DNA of 64,000 bases from an uncultured Methanoregulaceae archaeon (GTDB taxonomy: Archaea > Halobacteriota > Methanomicrobia > Methanomicrobiales > Methanospirillaceae): the NCBI GenBank assembly GCA_963705255.1, contig OY970061.1, positions 1,312,001-1,376,000 on the forward strand, in the 5' to 3' direction. Position 1 is the first letter of the stretch. Each line of letters begins with the position of its first letter. The translations under genes and the position numbers were made by a program. Of the stretch, positions 1 to 10,742 are shown piece after piece. The notes under the pieces are model-generated. The model ran no database searches. It was not told the DNA's origin and was given only the letters and a program-made list of their open reading frames with translations.

Positions 1-203
1 CCGACGCGGAGGCCATGTACGATCTGCTCAAGAAAGAGATCATTCCCCTTTATTATACTATCGATGACGGCGGCATCCCCCGCGGGTGGGTGAAGGTCAT
101 GAAGGAGGCCATGAAGAGCGTAGGGCCGGTATTCTCCACCCGCAGGATGGTAAAAGAGTACGTCAGGACGTTTTACCGGGAAGCGCTGGACCATGTTCAT
201 TGA
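1..203 (+). CDS. glgP: alpha-glucan (glycogen) phosphorylase, C-terminal end (5' truncated by window)
   Basis: LYDLL.KEIIPLYY...W...MKEAM..VGP.FSTRRMVKEY is the typical C-terminus of glucan phosphorylases. Confidence 0.85.
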   Translation, partial: DAEAMYDLLKKEIIPLYYTIDDGGIPRGWVKVMKEAMKSVGPVFSTRRMVKEYVRTFYREALDHVH

Positions 204-425
204 GCGATCGGATGCGGAACGCGAGACAGGGCAATGGTTCCAGGTAATTTTGCTGCGACGCGGTGAGAACCGGTTTACTGGCTGAATTGCCGGGGAGCCA
301 TCAGGATATTGACGAAGCCTGTCGTACCGGCCGGTTTTGAAAGGTGGGGGATTTCTGTCTGACGGCGCCTGCACGCCGGTCCTGAAGAGATCCGGTACGG
401 ATTATGCAATAGCACCGTGGTTCTG

Positions 426-869
426 TCAGAACTCTCCCGTCCGACACTCATCTGTCCTGAGGTTCTGGTAATCCTGTGCGTTCTCTTTCAGGATCGAAAA
501 TTCGCTATCGATACTGATGTCGGAATACCCCAGAAGGGTTAAATCTTTTTTCAGCTCGTCAAGAGGCAATGCCCGGGAGATCCTTTGTGAAAAATCGATC
601 AAAAATTGAGTGAACAATGGAAGGAAATCTCCCGGCCCGCTATGAAAAATATGACTCAAAAACAGAACAAAAGCGTTTTTTATCACTTCACGACCATATA
701 AATCCGGCCTGTGATCCTGGGAGTATTCCAGATAATCTTTCCATGCATCAGCCAGATCATGATCCCTGCAAAAGACTGAAAAATTGTCAGATGACAGATA
801 TTCTTCGACAGGAAATGTAAATAACTGTGCAGTCAGTCTGCTGATCGTTTTTTCAGTGTCATGAGGCAT
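426..869 (-). CDS. hypothetical protein
   Basis: 147-aa ORF with protein-like composition, no motif recognised. Confidence 0.6.
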   Translation of the reverse strand: MPHDTEKTISRLTAQLFTFPVEEYLSSDNFSVFCRDHDLADAWKDYLEYSQDHRPDLYGREVIKNAFVLFLSHIFHSGPGDFLPLFTQFLIDFSQRISRALPLDELKKDLTLLGYSDISIDSEFSILKENAQDYQNLRTDECRTGEF

Positions 870-938
870 TTTGAGTACCTTGAATTTTTACTTCCGGCTA
901 TGGCCGGAAAAGTTTATCGGATGCCCGTTTTCACCGGT

Positions 939-1127
939 TCAACCATCTACTTTGACAAATTGATCTTTCCCGGCCCCGCACTCCGGGCAGATCCAGTCAT
1001 CTGGTAATGCATCGAACCCCACACCAGGCAGGATTCCAGCCGTGGGATCTCCCACGTTCGGATCGTAAATATATCCGCAAACCAGGCATACATAAGAATC
1101 AATCTGGTTTGTCATCTCTTTTACCAT
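939..1127 (-). CDS. rubredoxin
   Basis: [31 protein letters not shown]. Confidence 0.95.
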   Translation of the reverse strand: MVKEMTNQIDSYVCLVCGYIYDPNVGDPTAGILPGVGFDALPDDWICPECGAGKDQFVKVDG

Positions 1128-1217
1128 TTTTACCTCCAGTTTTACCCCATCAACGATGCCTCGTTATGGCATCCTCATCTTCGTTTACCGTTTACTCTTC
1201 CCCCCGGGTCAATCCGG

Positions 1218-1514
1218 TCAAGGATTTTTATTTTCCGTAAGGGTCTTCATATACCGCTGTGCTGCTTCTGATCCGAGCAGGCAGAATGTGAGGTTCACAA
1301 GACCGATCTCGTCCACGACCGGACACGCAGGGCAGATACAGCCGACGTCTTCGGTAACACATAGGAAACTTCGCCCGTACAGGCAGTAGAGCAACTCTTT
1401 TGCATCTGCGGCACAGGTATTGTAGGTAGGACACCGGGCACAGATGCATTTATTCCAGAGCTCGGAGATCTTCTTCTCCTGGATCGTTCTTATTGCTTCG
1501 TCGAACCGGTCCAT
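1218..1514 (-). CDS. DUF2769-like Cys-rich protein
   Basis: CICARCPTY..C...LYC..G.S..C....GCICPACPV pattern. Confidence 0.8.
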   Translation of the reverse strand: MDRFDEAIRTIQEKKISELWNKCICARCPTYNTCAADAKELLYCLYGRSFLCVTEDVGCICPACPVVDEIGLVNLTFCLLGSEAAQRYMKTLTENKNP

Positions 1515-1520
1515 ATCGTA

Positions 1521-2012
1521 TCACTTGCGGTACATCACCTTCGGCACGGTATTGTGCACTCCATTGATCTTCCATTCACGAAGGAGTATCTTTTCGAACA
1601 TCGTGCCGATATCGACAAGGTCTTTCCGCGGGAAATAATACGGCGCGTGGACAAAGACGTCGGTCTCCTCCTTGAGCCAGTGGGAGCTGATAACATCATA
1701 GAAGGGGAAGATCCGCGGGCGCCATAACCGGTCGGTATATGGCATCTCCGCCAGATCGTCTGCCAGCATGTCCATACCCCGGTGCTCCTCGATAAGAACA
1801 AGGGTGATCGCGGCAAGATCCGGTTTTTTCTCCATCACCGGAAATATCGTGGCCTCTTCTGCCACGTGATGCGCATGGATCCGTTTTTTCAGAAACGGGT
1901 ACACTTCCTCCCGCAGCGCTCCTTCTTTCGGAGTGCTGTCCATCAGCCGTTCAAACATCAGCCGGAAATCGTCATGATCCCTCTTGATATACTCTCCAAT
2001 GGTCGTGGCCAT
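1521..2012 (-). CDS. hemerythrin (HHE) domain protein
   Basis: DH...HHVAEEATIFP...EEH...HWLKEE..VF motifs. Confidence 0.85.
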   Translation of the reverse strand: MATTIGEYIKRDHDDFRLMFERLMDSTPKEGALREEVYPFLKKRIHAHHVAEEATIFPVMEKKPDLAAITLVLIEEHRGMDMLADDLAEMPYTDRLWRPRIFPFYDVISSHWLKEETDVFVHAPYYFPRKDLVDIGTMFEKILLREWKINGVHNTVPKVMYRK

Positions 2013-2313
2013 ATTCCACCCCCGTCCACGTTTCCTTCTCCCGCTCCGGCAGCCAGGACTCGTGACCTCACACGAAGCGGGAGACTATCGATACTCCGTA
2101 GTACAGAACATACAATATAAAATGATTTTTAAAGGGGAACCCTGGCGCCCTGATGTGATACCAACCGGTATCCCGGAGAATTTCCTGCCCGGGGATTTCA
2201 GGAAAGAGACGGAGCGGAGGGAGCTCGTATTTGGAGGATCTGATGCTTCGGATATCCACCGGCCCGGTGGCACCAAAATAACCTATTTATTGTCACCAGC
2301 TCATCTATCCCGC

Positions 2314-2694
2314 ATGGAGAGCGAGAAACTTCAGTTCTGGACAGCAGTTTTCCTCGGGTTTGTTGTCATGATCCTGTTCGCGATCCTGACCGTCAATATC
2401 CTTGAGCTGATACCGGTGGTCGGTCCGTTCTTCGGCGGGATCGTTGCCGGGTACTTCGCAGGGAAAGATTTCCTGAACGGGGCGAAAGCGGGCCTCGCAT
2501 CAGGCCTCCTCGGTTTACTGGCCGTCTCGATCGATTTCATGCTGAATACCGGTTACCTTCGGGCGGCGATACCCCACGCCCTTCAGGTTGCAGGAGTCCT
2601 GTTCCTCATATGGGCAATGATCATCTACTTTCCCATCCTTGCTTTCATCGGGGGTGCACTCGGAGGGCCATTGAAGCGCTTTTCCAAAAAATGA
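2314..2694 (+). CDS. small membrane protein (DUF5518-like)
   Basis: Hydrophobic, PVVGPFFGGIVAGY and FIGGALGG motifs; start placed at ATG 2314. Confidence 0.7.
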   Translation: MESEKLQFWTAVFLGFVVMILFAILTVNILELIPVVGPFFGGIVAGYFAGKDFLNGAKAGLASGLLGLLAVSIDFMLNTGYLRAAIPHALQVAGVLFLIWAMIIYFPILAFIGGALGGPLKRFSKK

Positions 2695-2819
2695 ACAATA
2701 GACCAGACTTTATTACGATAGATAAATGCAATCGGGGTCCGTCCAAGAAGGGATGAATGAATTTTCCCAGCTGATGCAGGGAAGGGAAAGATCCACGGGA
2801 TCTCAAGAGCCGGAGTTCC

Positions 2820-3173
2820 TTGTCAATTAACCTGAAACGGGTGTATGAATCCTCTGCGGACAGTGACGGGTACAGGGTGCTCGTTGAACGCCTGTGGCCC
2901 CGTGGGGTATCAAAGGAACGGGCACATGTTGACCTCTGGATGAAGGATGCCGGGGCAAGTCCCGAACTCCGGGTCTGGTTCGGCCATGACCCCGGGAAAT
3001 GGGAAGAGTTCCGGAAAAAGTACTTTGAAGAGATCCGGAACCGGCCCGATGTGCTCAGGGAACTTAAGGAGGTCATCCGCAGGGAAAAAACCGTGACGTT
3101 CCTGTTTGCAGCCCGCGATGAGACACACAACAATGCCGCCGCGTTAAAGGAATTCCTTGAGACGGAGGGATGA
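2820..3173 (+). CDS. DUF488/YeaO family protein
   Basis: KRVYE....DGYRVLVERLWPRGVSKE...ELRVWFGHDP.KWEEFRKKYF. Confidence 0.9.
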   Translation: MSINLKRVYESSADSDGYRVLVERLWPRGVSKERAHVDLWMKDAGASPELRVWFGHDPGKWEEFRKKYFEEIRNRPDVLRELKEVIRREKTVTFLFAARDETHNNAAALKEFLETEG

Positions 3174-3240
3174 CCGGATGGTTCAATCTGAGGACCACCC
3201 GGTGCCTGCATGGTTGATTCGGCTGGGGACAACTACCATC

Positions 3241-3700
3241 TCATGAGTAAGGATGGATACGGGTAAACAGCCTGACTTTCACGGTATCATTGATCACGAA
3301 GAAGAAGAGCGCATAACCCCATACCATGAGGGCAAGTGTGAGCCCGATAGACTGCATGAATATGCCAAAAATGGCAAGACAGGTTCCCAGAATCGCGGTC
3401 AGCTCGGTGGCACCAAACAGCGAAAGCGTGGGAAGTGGCTGTTCCCAGAAATGCTGCTTCCCTGTACGGGCAAGATAGATCGTCATATGTCCGGCAACCG
3501 CGAGTTTGACAAAGATGAGCGACTGGACGATACCGGGGCTCAGGTGATAGTATTCTCTGGCAATCCAGAGTAGCAGGAAACTTTCTGCAACACCGAGAAT
3601 CCCCAGGATACTGGCGAGGGTCAGGATCCGGTTCATCCGCCAGCGGACCGGTCCTGCCGCAGCCACCGCATTGTCATACGCGATCAACATGATCGGGACT
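3241..3700 (-). pseudogene. C-terminal fragment of a plasma-membrane proton-efflux P-type ATPase
   Basis: PIMLIAYDNA...PVRW.M..IL...QSLIFVKLAVAGHMTIYLART matches the last TM helices; no DKTGT or catalytic domains upstream; 5' boundary approximate. Confidence 0.7.
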
Positions 3701-4371
3701 CGTTTACCGATAATGCCCTGAATACCGTAGGCCTCGCCCGGATATTCCCGGGGGTAAACGTACATTCTTACCCGGTACTGTGCATCCTCGGGCGCAGGAA
3801 CGATCCTGTTGATACCCGCAACGGGATTGAGGTCCCCGCCCGCAAAAAGGCCGTGCCCCGGCACGACTTCCAGGGTCACATGCGACTATCTCCCCGGTCC
3901 GGGCGATTGTGTCTGCGCCCGTGATACCATATCAGCAGGACGGATTTCCTGCGCAACTCCGCCCACGTTGCCGGATCAATTTCAGCATTGATTTCAGCAT
4001 GCAGGAGTTTCCATCCGGTCGTTCATCCTGCAACGTCATCCTGCAACGTACTCCCCGAATCCTGTCTCGATGAGTGCTGCTGAGTGACCGATCTTCACTC
4101 CGGCATTGATGGGGATGATCCTCGTAATACCTGACCAGTTCCATCGCCGTCAGCTACGGGGATGACGTTCGCACCGCGTTTTTATGCAGCCTTCTTTTCG
4201 CATCCTTCCTCCTCGCACTCGATATAAAATTTGAAAACTCGTGAAAAGTTTATATCAAAAAACCACGCATGGCCATAAATCCGGCACCGGATGGTTCCAT
4301 CCTGTGCAGAAAGGAGGGACTGCTTCGGGCCCGGCAGCACGTGGCATATCCCGGATCCTGTGGAGATCGTT

Positions 4372-5781
4372 ATGACCGGGGAATCGATCCTGATTGTAGA
4401 AGATGAAGGATTCATCGCGCTCCAGATCAAGGAACTGCTGGAGAAGAACGGGTACCGGGTTTCCGGTACCCTCGCGTACGGGGAGGACGCCGTGGTGATG
4501 TCAGAAAAGGACCCCCCGGATCTCGTCTGCATGGACATCGAGTTGATGGGAAAGATCGACGGGATTGAGGCAGCCCGGCAGATCGATGAACATGCCGATA
4601 TCCCGATCATTTATCTGACTGCGTATTCCGACAGCCAGCGGCTCGCCCGGGTAAAGGATACCGTGTCGTACGGTTATATTGTCAAGCCGTTCAACGACCG
4701 GGAGCTGCTCGCCGCGGTGGACATGGCGATCCACCGGCATAAGGTCGACCAGCAGCTCCGGGAGAGCATGCAGCGCTACCGGGCCATCGTCGACAATGCT
4801 GCGGAGGGCATCCTCCTGGTCTCCTGCGGGACCGGGGCGATCCTCGAAGCCAACCCGGCGTCTATCCGGCTGCTCGGGTATACCCCCGGGGAACTCTCTA
4901 GCATGACTGTTGGCGAGCTCGCCGCGACCCGTGACGAACAGGCCGGAGTATGGGAGGAGTCCGTCTGCAGGCAGGAAATCTGGTCAGGAGAGGTGCAGTT
5001 GCGGTGCCGGGACGGCTCGCTGCGGGACGTTGAACTCACCTCCCGTATCATCCGCCGGGAGGGAGCCCCTGAGTTATCCTGCATAATGGCCCACGATAGA
5101 ACGGACCTGAAACGTTCGGAAGCAGCGCTGCGGGAAGCGCACCGGAAACTCAACCTCCTTTCGAGTGTCACCCGTCACGATATCCTCAACCAGCTCACCG
5201 TGCTGTACGGGTTCCTCGAACTGTCCGGGCCCGACGTTGCCGGCACCCGGTTGGAAGAGTATGTGACGAGAGAGAGGAAGGCTGCAGAAGCGATCCGGCG
5301 TATGATCAGTTTCACGAAGGATTACGAGGAGATCGGGCAGCAGCGGCCCGGCTGGCACCGTGTGGAGGCAATCATCTGCCAGCTGGCAAAAACCGCAAAC
5401 CTCCCGGGTGTTGCGCTCGATCTCCGGCTCGGGGAACTGGAACTCTATGCCGACCCGCTCCTCGAACGGGTCTTCAACAACCTGCTGGACAATGCTTTTC
5501 GCCATGGAGAGCATGTGAAGACGATCACGGTGGCAGCCGGGACAGCGCCCACCGGCCTTGTGATCCGGTGGGAGGATGATGGCACCGGGGTTCCCGATGC
5601 GGAGAAGGAGAGGATCTTCGAAAGGGGCTATGGGAAAAATACCGGTCTCGGTCTCTTCCTTGCCCGGGAGATCCTCAGCCTGACCGGCATTACGATCCGG
5701 GAGACGGGCACGTTTGGCAGCGGTGCACGGTTCGAGATCATGGTGCCTGCCGGGGCATTCCGGTATCCCGCAGCGGGATGA
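4372..5781 (+). CDS. hybrid receiver-PAS-histidine kinase
   Basis: ILIVEDE..MDI receiver, PAS, TRHDILNQL H-box, NLLDNA, EDDGTG, GLGLFL. Confidence 0.92.
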   Translation: MTGESILIVEDEGFIALQIKELLEKNGYRVSGTLAYGEDAVVMSEKDPPDLVCMDIELMGKIDGIEAARQIDEHADIPIIYLTAYSDSQRLARVKDTVSYGYIVKPFNDRELLAAVDMAIHRHKVDQQLRESMQRYRAIVDNAAEGILLVSCGTGAILEANPASIRLLGYTPGELSSMTVGELAATRDEQAGVWEESVCRQEIWSGEVQLRCRDGSLRDVELTSRIIRREGAPELSCIMAHDRTDLKRSEAALREAHRKLNLLSSVTRHDILNQLTVLYGFLELSGPDVAGTRLEEYVTRERKAAEAIRRMISFTKDYEEIGQQRPGWHRVEAIICQLAKTANLPGVALDLRLGELELYADPLLERVFNNLLDNAFRHGEHVKTITVAAGTAPTGLVIRWEDDGTGVPDAEKERIFERGYGKNTGLGLFLAREILSLTGITIRETGTFGSGARFEIMVPAGAFRYPAAG

Positions 5782-6170
5782 GCAGAATTCACCGGATTCC
5801 CGTCCTCCTTGCTGGTATCGGACAGGGGATTTGTTTCCGGTTGTCCAGCACCCGTGCAGCACAAACAGCCCGGTTCTGCGGTGGAGGAATTTCCCGAATA
5901 CCGGTACGATAATGGGATCCGGCTCCTGACGAAGGAATCTCGTGGCAGCCTGGAACAAAGACGATACTCTCTGGAATTTCCTTACGCTCAGTGACGGATA
6001 CCATCTTCCCAACGATTCCGGACAGCAGTCTCAGGCTCCCGGCAGTCTGCAATCGCCCGGCTTCAATCCGGTGAACTTCCTCGCCCGCCACCAGCTCCGG
6101 GCAGAGATCGGTATACGGCAGACAAATGTACTGAGTTTATTTTCCGGCTGGACAATACGGAAGGTAACCC

Positions 6171-6551
6171 ATGAGCGGAGAGACCATTCTGGTAGTCGAA
6201 GACGAAGGGCTGATCGCCCTCCACATGACTGAAGTACTGGAAAAAGCGGGATACCGCGTCCCCGGCCCGGCTTACTCCGGGGAGATGGCGCTCCGGGCGC
6301 TCGAAACGTCCCCGGTACCCGATCTCATCCTCATGGATATCGGGCTTGCGGGAACACTCGACGGGATCGAGACTGCCCGGCAGATCCGGAAGCGGTTTTC
6401 GATCCCCCTGATCTTCGTCACTGCCTATACCTCGGAGCGTATGCTCGAACGGATACGCGAAGTTGCGCCGGACGGGGTTCTCAACAAACCGTTCGTTGAC
6501 GAGGAGCTGCTCGCCCTTGTCGGGAAAGCCGTGGGAGGGGGATCCGCATGA
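6171..6551 (+). CDS. single-domain response regulator
   Basis: ILVVEDE, LILMDI, FVTAY, NKPF. Confidence 0.92.
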   Translation: MSGETILVVEDEGLIALHMTEVLEKAGYRVPGPAYSGEMALRALETSPVPDLILMDIGLAGTLDGIETARQIRKRFSIPLIFVTAYTSERMLERIREVAPDGVLNKPFVDEELLALVGKAVGGGSA

Positions 6552-6641
6552 TACCGGGTCTGTCGGTTATCCCTGCCTGGAGACATATGCACTGGTTATA
6601 TGTATCCGGGAAGGAAAAAAGAAACATTTGTGGTGTAATGT

Positions 6642-7220
6642 ATGCCAGAGGAAGTCGTCATTGTTGAAACCACATTCCACCCGGTGAAATGGGGTTCGTT
6701 TATCGTCCGCGGACTGATTGCCCTCATCATCGGGATTCTCGTCCTGATCTGGACCGGTGTAGCGGTACAGGTTGTGGTAACCCTCATCGGGATCCTGATC
6801 ATCATTGCTGCGATCCTCGCGCTGGTCCTTGCCCTCAAGGCGCCGGCCGGTGCTTCGCAATCCACCGTGCTCCTCGTGGTGGGAGTCCTGGGCCTGCTCG
6901 TCGGAATCGCGGCCATCCTGTACCCGTGGGTTGCTGCTGCGGGGCTTACGGTTATCATTGCCCTCCTTATGCTCTTCTTCGGGTTTATCGATCTCTCGAT
7001 CGCAATCTTCCATCCCGAATTCACGAAGCACCGGCTGGTGCTCGGCTTTTCCGGGGCGCTTTCGGTAATTCTCGGGGGGGTATTCTTCTTCCTGCCAGTG
7101 CTCGGGGCGCTGGTGCTTGTTGCCGTCTATCTCGGGATATTTGCAATCATCTACGGCATCCTGAGCATCGTCATCGGGCTCATGGTGAGGGGTGAGCAGA
7201 AGAACGTGACGGCAGGGTAA
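6642..7220 (+). CDS. HdeD/DUF308 family membrane protein
   Basis: Six hydrophobic helices, W..FIVRGLIALIIGIL start. Confidence 0.8.
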   Translation: MPEEVVIVETTFHPVKWGSFIVRGLIALIIGILVLIWTGVAVQVVVTLIGILIIIAAILALVLALKAPAGASQSTVLLVVGVLGLLVGIAAILYPWVAAAGLTVIIALLMLFFGFIDLSIAIFHPEFTKHRLVLGFSGALSVILGGVFFFLPVLGALVLVAVYLGIFAIIYGILSIVIGLMVRGEQKNVTAG

Positions 7221-7373
7221 CCATTCGCAGGATCCGGATTCCGGATCATTTCCACCTTTTTACCGGAAAGGGCGTCGTATCGAAAAACGGTGCTGCCGGG
7301 ATTACGGCTGGTGACTCCTGTTTCACCTCATTAAAATGTCCCTGTCAACCATCACCTTCTCAGGACCTCCGCG

Positions 7374-8579
7374 TCAGTGACCCGATGGCCCGCTGCCGTG
7401 CGGGTTCCTGGTGGTCCAGACAAGGAGGAGCGTTCCCGCCGCAGCGATGACAGCGGCGACCATGAACCCGGCGCTGTACCCCACGAAGGTCCAGATGAAC
7501 CCGATCATCACGCTGGATACGAGATCGCCGACCCCGTTCATGGTGGCGAGCGCCCCGAAACCGAGAGCCCGGGAATCTTCCTCCACCATCTCGCCGGCGA
7601 GGGCGCTTTCGAGGGTGTCCTCGGCCGCGATGAAGAGCCCGCACATCGCGAAGAGGACCCCGTACGCGACCAGGTTCACCGGGACGAGAACAAAACCGAT
7701 GAAGGTCGCGACCGCGATGGCATACCCGAGGATGAGCATCGGCCTCCGCCCGACCCGATCGCCAAGCGATCCGAGGGGGTACGATGCCCCGGCATAGACG
7801 ATATTCCGGACGAGGTACAGGCCTGCGCCCGCAGCAGTCGCCGTCATGAACCCGAGCGAGGGGGTGAGACTGACGATGGCAAATGCGATGAGCAGGGTCT
7901 GGGAGAAGTCCGCAATCCCGAAGACCAGCACCGCGGAGAGGAACGCCCTGAACCGTGACGGGAGTCCCTTCAGGGAGGCAGCAAGGGGAAGGGGCCGCGG
8001 GTGCGGGGCAGTGTCACGCTCGCGCAGGAAGAGCCAGATTGCGACGAACGCAAGGATCCCGGGAATGACCGCCAGCCAGAGGATCTCCCGGACACCCATC
8101 GATGAGACGAGGACGAGGGCGATGGCCGGCCCGGCGACCGCCCCGAGCGTGTCCCCGGCCCGGTGAAACCCGAAGGCCTTGCCGAGATCCTTCTTCTCCA
8201 CCGATTTCGAGAGGATTGCGTCCCGGGAGGGGCTGCGGATCCCTTTGCCGATCCACCCGACGAGCCTCCCCGCGAGCACGACTTACCACGAGCCGGCAAT
8301 AGCGATGATCGCGGGGAAGATGGCGGTCGCGACCGAACCTCCGAGGGCAAACTCCCGCCGCCTGCCCAGCTTGTCGGCGAAATAGCCCGAGAAGAGCTTA
8401 ACGAAACTGGAGGCGCCGTCGCTCAGGCCCTCGATGATACCGAGGGCAAAGACCGGCGCACCGAGGATGATCAGGAACGAGGGGAGGAGGACGGTCACCG
8501 ACTCGTACCCGAGATCGCCAAAGAAACTCGCGACCCCGGCCCCAAGGACTGTCCGGTTCAGCCATGCCGGCCACTTCAT
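7374..8579 (-). CDS. MFS transporter, interrupted by one in-frame TAA at 8283-8285 (possible sequencing error)
   Basis: ORFs 8283..8579 and 7374..8279 are in the same frame (GSW*VVLAGR); GYFADKLGRR and GKAFGFHRAGDTLGA motifs. Confidence 0.8.
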
Positions 8580-8710
8580 ACCAGTACATCGGGAGAGGAT
8601 CCCTGATAAATGCTGGGGATTCTGGTTTTGTTAAGGGGGCAGTGAGCGACCGATCTTTCAGCTCATTACCATATCCTTGTCAGCCGTCAACGGTCAGTAC
8701 CTCCTCCCTC

Positions 8711-10072
8711 TTACCTCAGTCTTTTTATCCTCACCATCGCCAGGACCCCCGCGACCGATGGCAGAGCGGTACTTGCCATCGCTCCCTGCCACCCGATGAG
8801 CGGCACGAGGCTTTCGGTGATCAGGGGAGCTGAAAGGGCGGCGAGCCCGACCATCAGGTTCAGGATACCGGATGCCGGACCGGCGTGTTCCGGGCCGACG
8901 ATCTCCCGGGGTGAGGCAAAGACCATTGCCGGCGTCATCCCCCAGACTATCCCGAGGACGGCAAAAAAGAGTGCCCATGGCAGGAAACCCCGGCCAAGGA
9001 AGAAGATCACCGCGCAGAGCAGGAGCCCCGCCGCCATCGATGCAAGGATAAAGGTTCTCCGGGTGCAGAACCTGTCCGACACCATGCCGGTGACCGGGGC
9101 TGCCCAGATGATCATCGAGACGGGGAGGATCGCAAGCACGGACGCCGTAAAGAGATCAAACCCGAGAACCGTCGTGAAATACGCGGGTGCGAGCGACGTT
9201 ATCCCGAGCATGTAATAGTTGACCGCGAACCATGCGACAGCAACGAGCCACATCTCCCGGTCGAGAAACACGGACTCAAGGCAGTCATGGGAGAGGCAGG
9301 CCGCCCGCTCATCAGCGAAATACCCCCCGGACCGCATTCCGTCGTCCGCCGGTTGTTTTGCGAGACCCGCCCAGAGGGCGAGGGACGCGATCGCAAAGAG
9401 CAAGGAGAACCAGAGGACCGATATCCAGCCGTACGTGGCGATAAGGACCGGGGCGAGTACGAAGATGAGCAGCCCTGATACCGGGAGTGTCGTTGACCAG
9501 ATCCCGGTCGCAAGGCCCATTTCGTCCTTCCGGAACCAGATGGAAAGGGCGCTCACCGGCCACGTGAATGCCATCCCGAAGCCCAGCCCCGTTATGAACC
9601 GGCCGGCGAAGATCCCCCAGAACGTCGGGAACCCTGCCGTGACGATGGTGCCGAACAGGATCGTCCCGAGGCAGGCGATCCCTGCGAATTTCCAGCCGAG
9701 CCTGGGGGAGAGGATCGCAAACGGGATCGCCATGATCGAGATACCGATACCAAAACCGGTCATGGTGGCGAACCCGACATCGGAGAGGGAAACACCGAGG
9801 AAAACGGTCAGGGCGGGGAAGAGCGGCGGCATCGCAAAGAGTGCGATCGGCCCGGCCATGCCGGCGACGAACGCAGCGAAGAGAATTGCCCAGCGGTACC
9901 GGTAACTTTCGCTCCCCTGCACAGACGCACTCCGTAATGCAAGGCAATGGTAGCAGGGATTATTTGTAAGTTTCGTCAAACAATGACAGGACCCCGCGGT
10001 GCCGGACCGGCAGGGCCCCTCCTGCCCATCAGGCTGCCGGAAAAATCCGGCCCGGAAACCGGATCCGGACAA
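8711..10072 (-). CDS. MFS transporter (true start probably downstream of 10072)
   Basis: YRWAILFAAF, ~12 TM helices, GMVSDRFCTRR MFS motif. Confidence 0.8.
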   Translation of the reverse strand: MSGSGFRAGFFRQPDGQEGPCRSGTAGSCHCLTKLTNNPCYHCLALRSASVQGSESYRYRWAILFAAFVAGMAGPIALFAMPPLFPALTVFLGVSLSDVGFATMTGFGIGISIMAIPFAILSPRLGWKFAGIACLGTILFGTIVTAGFPTFWGIFAGRFITGLGFGMAFTWPVSALSIWFRKDEMGLATGIWSTTLPVSGLLIFVLAPVLIATYGWISVLWFSLLFAIASLALWAGLAKQPADDGMRSGGYFADERAACLSHDCLESVFLDREMWLVAVAWFAVNYYMLGITSLAPAYFTTVLGFDLFTASVLAILPVSMIIWAAPVTGMVSDRFCTRRTFILASMAAGLLLCAVIFFLGRGFLPWALFFAVLGIVWGMTPAMVFASPREIVGPEHAGPASGILNLMVGLAALSAPLITESLVPLIGWQGAMASTALPSVAGVLAMVRIKRLR

Positions 10073-10283
10073 TGACAGGAAGGGGGGATTACCGGGTCTG
10101 ATTCAGGAGATACGGCACTATCATAACCGGGGGCGCCACGGCAGAAGGGGGCAGACCGGAGGAGCAACCCCACGGCGTGTCAGGGGATCGGACTATCTCA
10201 CGAGTTCCGTGTCCATTATCCGGCATAGAACGGAAGGGGAAAATGCAATGAATAAAACAGAATGCCTGTTCCAGTCCTTATCC

Positions 10284-10730
10284 TTACGCCGGGCGGATCT
10301 CCACCAGCTTCAGGGGCCGCCCCTTCTCGCAGATGTCCGGGGCATTGCCCATCACCTCGGTGACCACGTACTTCTCTCCCTCGACTACACCGTCGGGGCG
10401 GCAGAGCGAAAAGCTCCGGCAGTCACTCTTGTAACAGGAGAGCTCGGGCTTGATCTTGGAGTTGACAATCGCCATCTCGGGACTGATGAGCATCGTCACC
10501 GGGGCCTCCATCACCTCGACTGCAGTCGCACCGTTCAGGTGGACATTGCATTCGTGGTGGGTGGTCCGGACCGAGACGATCCGGTATTTCCTTCCCTTCT
10601 GGAGGTTGTGGCAGGCCTTCTTCACCTTACAGATGTCGCAGGCAGCGACCTCCCCCTCATAGATGAACTCCACCCCCTGCTTTGCGAGCACGGTCCCCAC
10701 CAGCGTCACCTTTGTCTTGGATTCTGCCAT
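10284..10730 (-). CDS. UPF0179 family protein
   Basis: VTLVG..LAK.G.EFIYEG....CDICKVKKAC.NL..GRKYRI; usual neighbour of egsA. Confidence 0.85.
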   Translation of the reverse strand: MAESKTKVTLVGTVLAKQGVEFIYEGEVAACDICKVKKACHNLQKGRKYRIVSVRTTHHECNVHLNGATAVEVMEAPVTMLISPEMAIVNSKIKPELSCYKSDCRSFSLCRPDGVVEGEKYVVTEVMGNAPDICEKGRPLKLVEIRPA

Positions 10731-10742
10731 GCCGTCGTCACC

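Noticed and set aside
5778-6170. Short ORFs between the kinase and the response regulator
   Set aside because: At most a faint DNGI kinase-like remnant; too weak to call.
8283-8285. Stop-codon recoding (Sec/Pyl) in the MFS gene
   Set aside because: The codon is TAA, not TGA or TAG, and it fits the GTAC error pattern.
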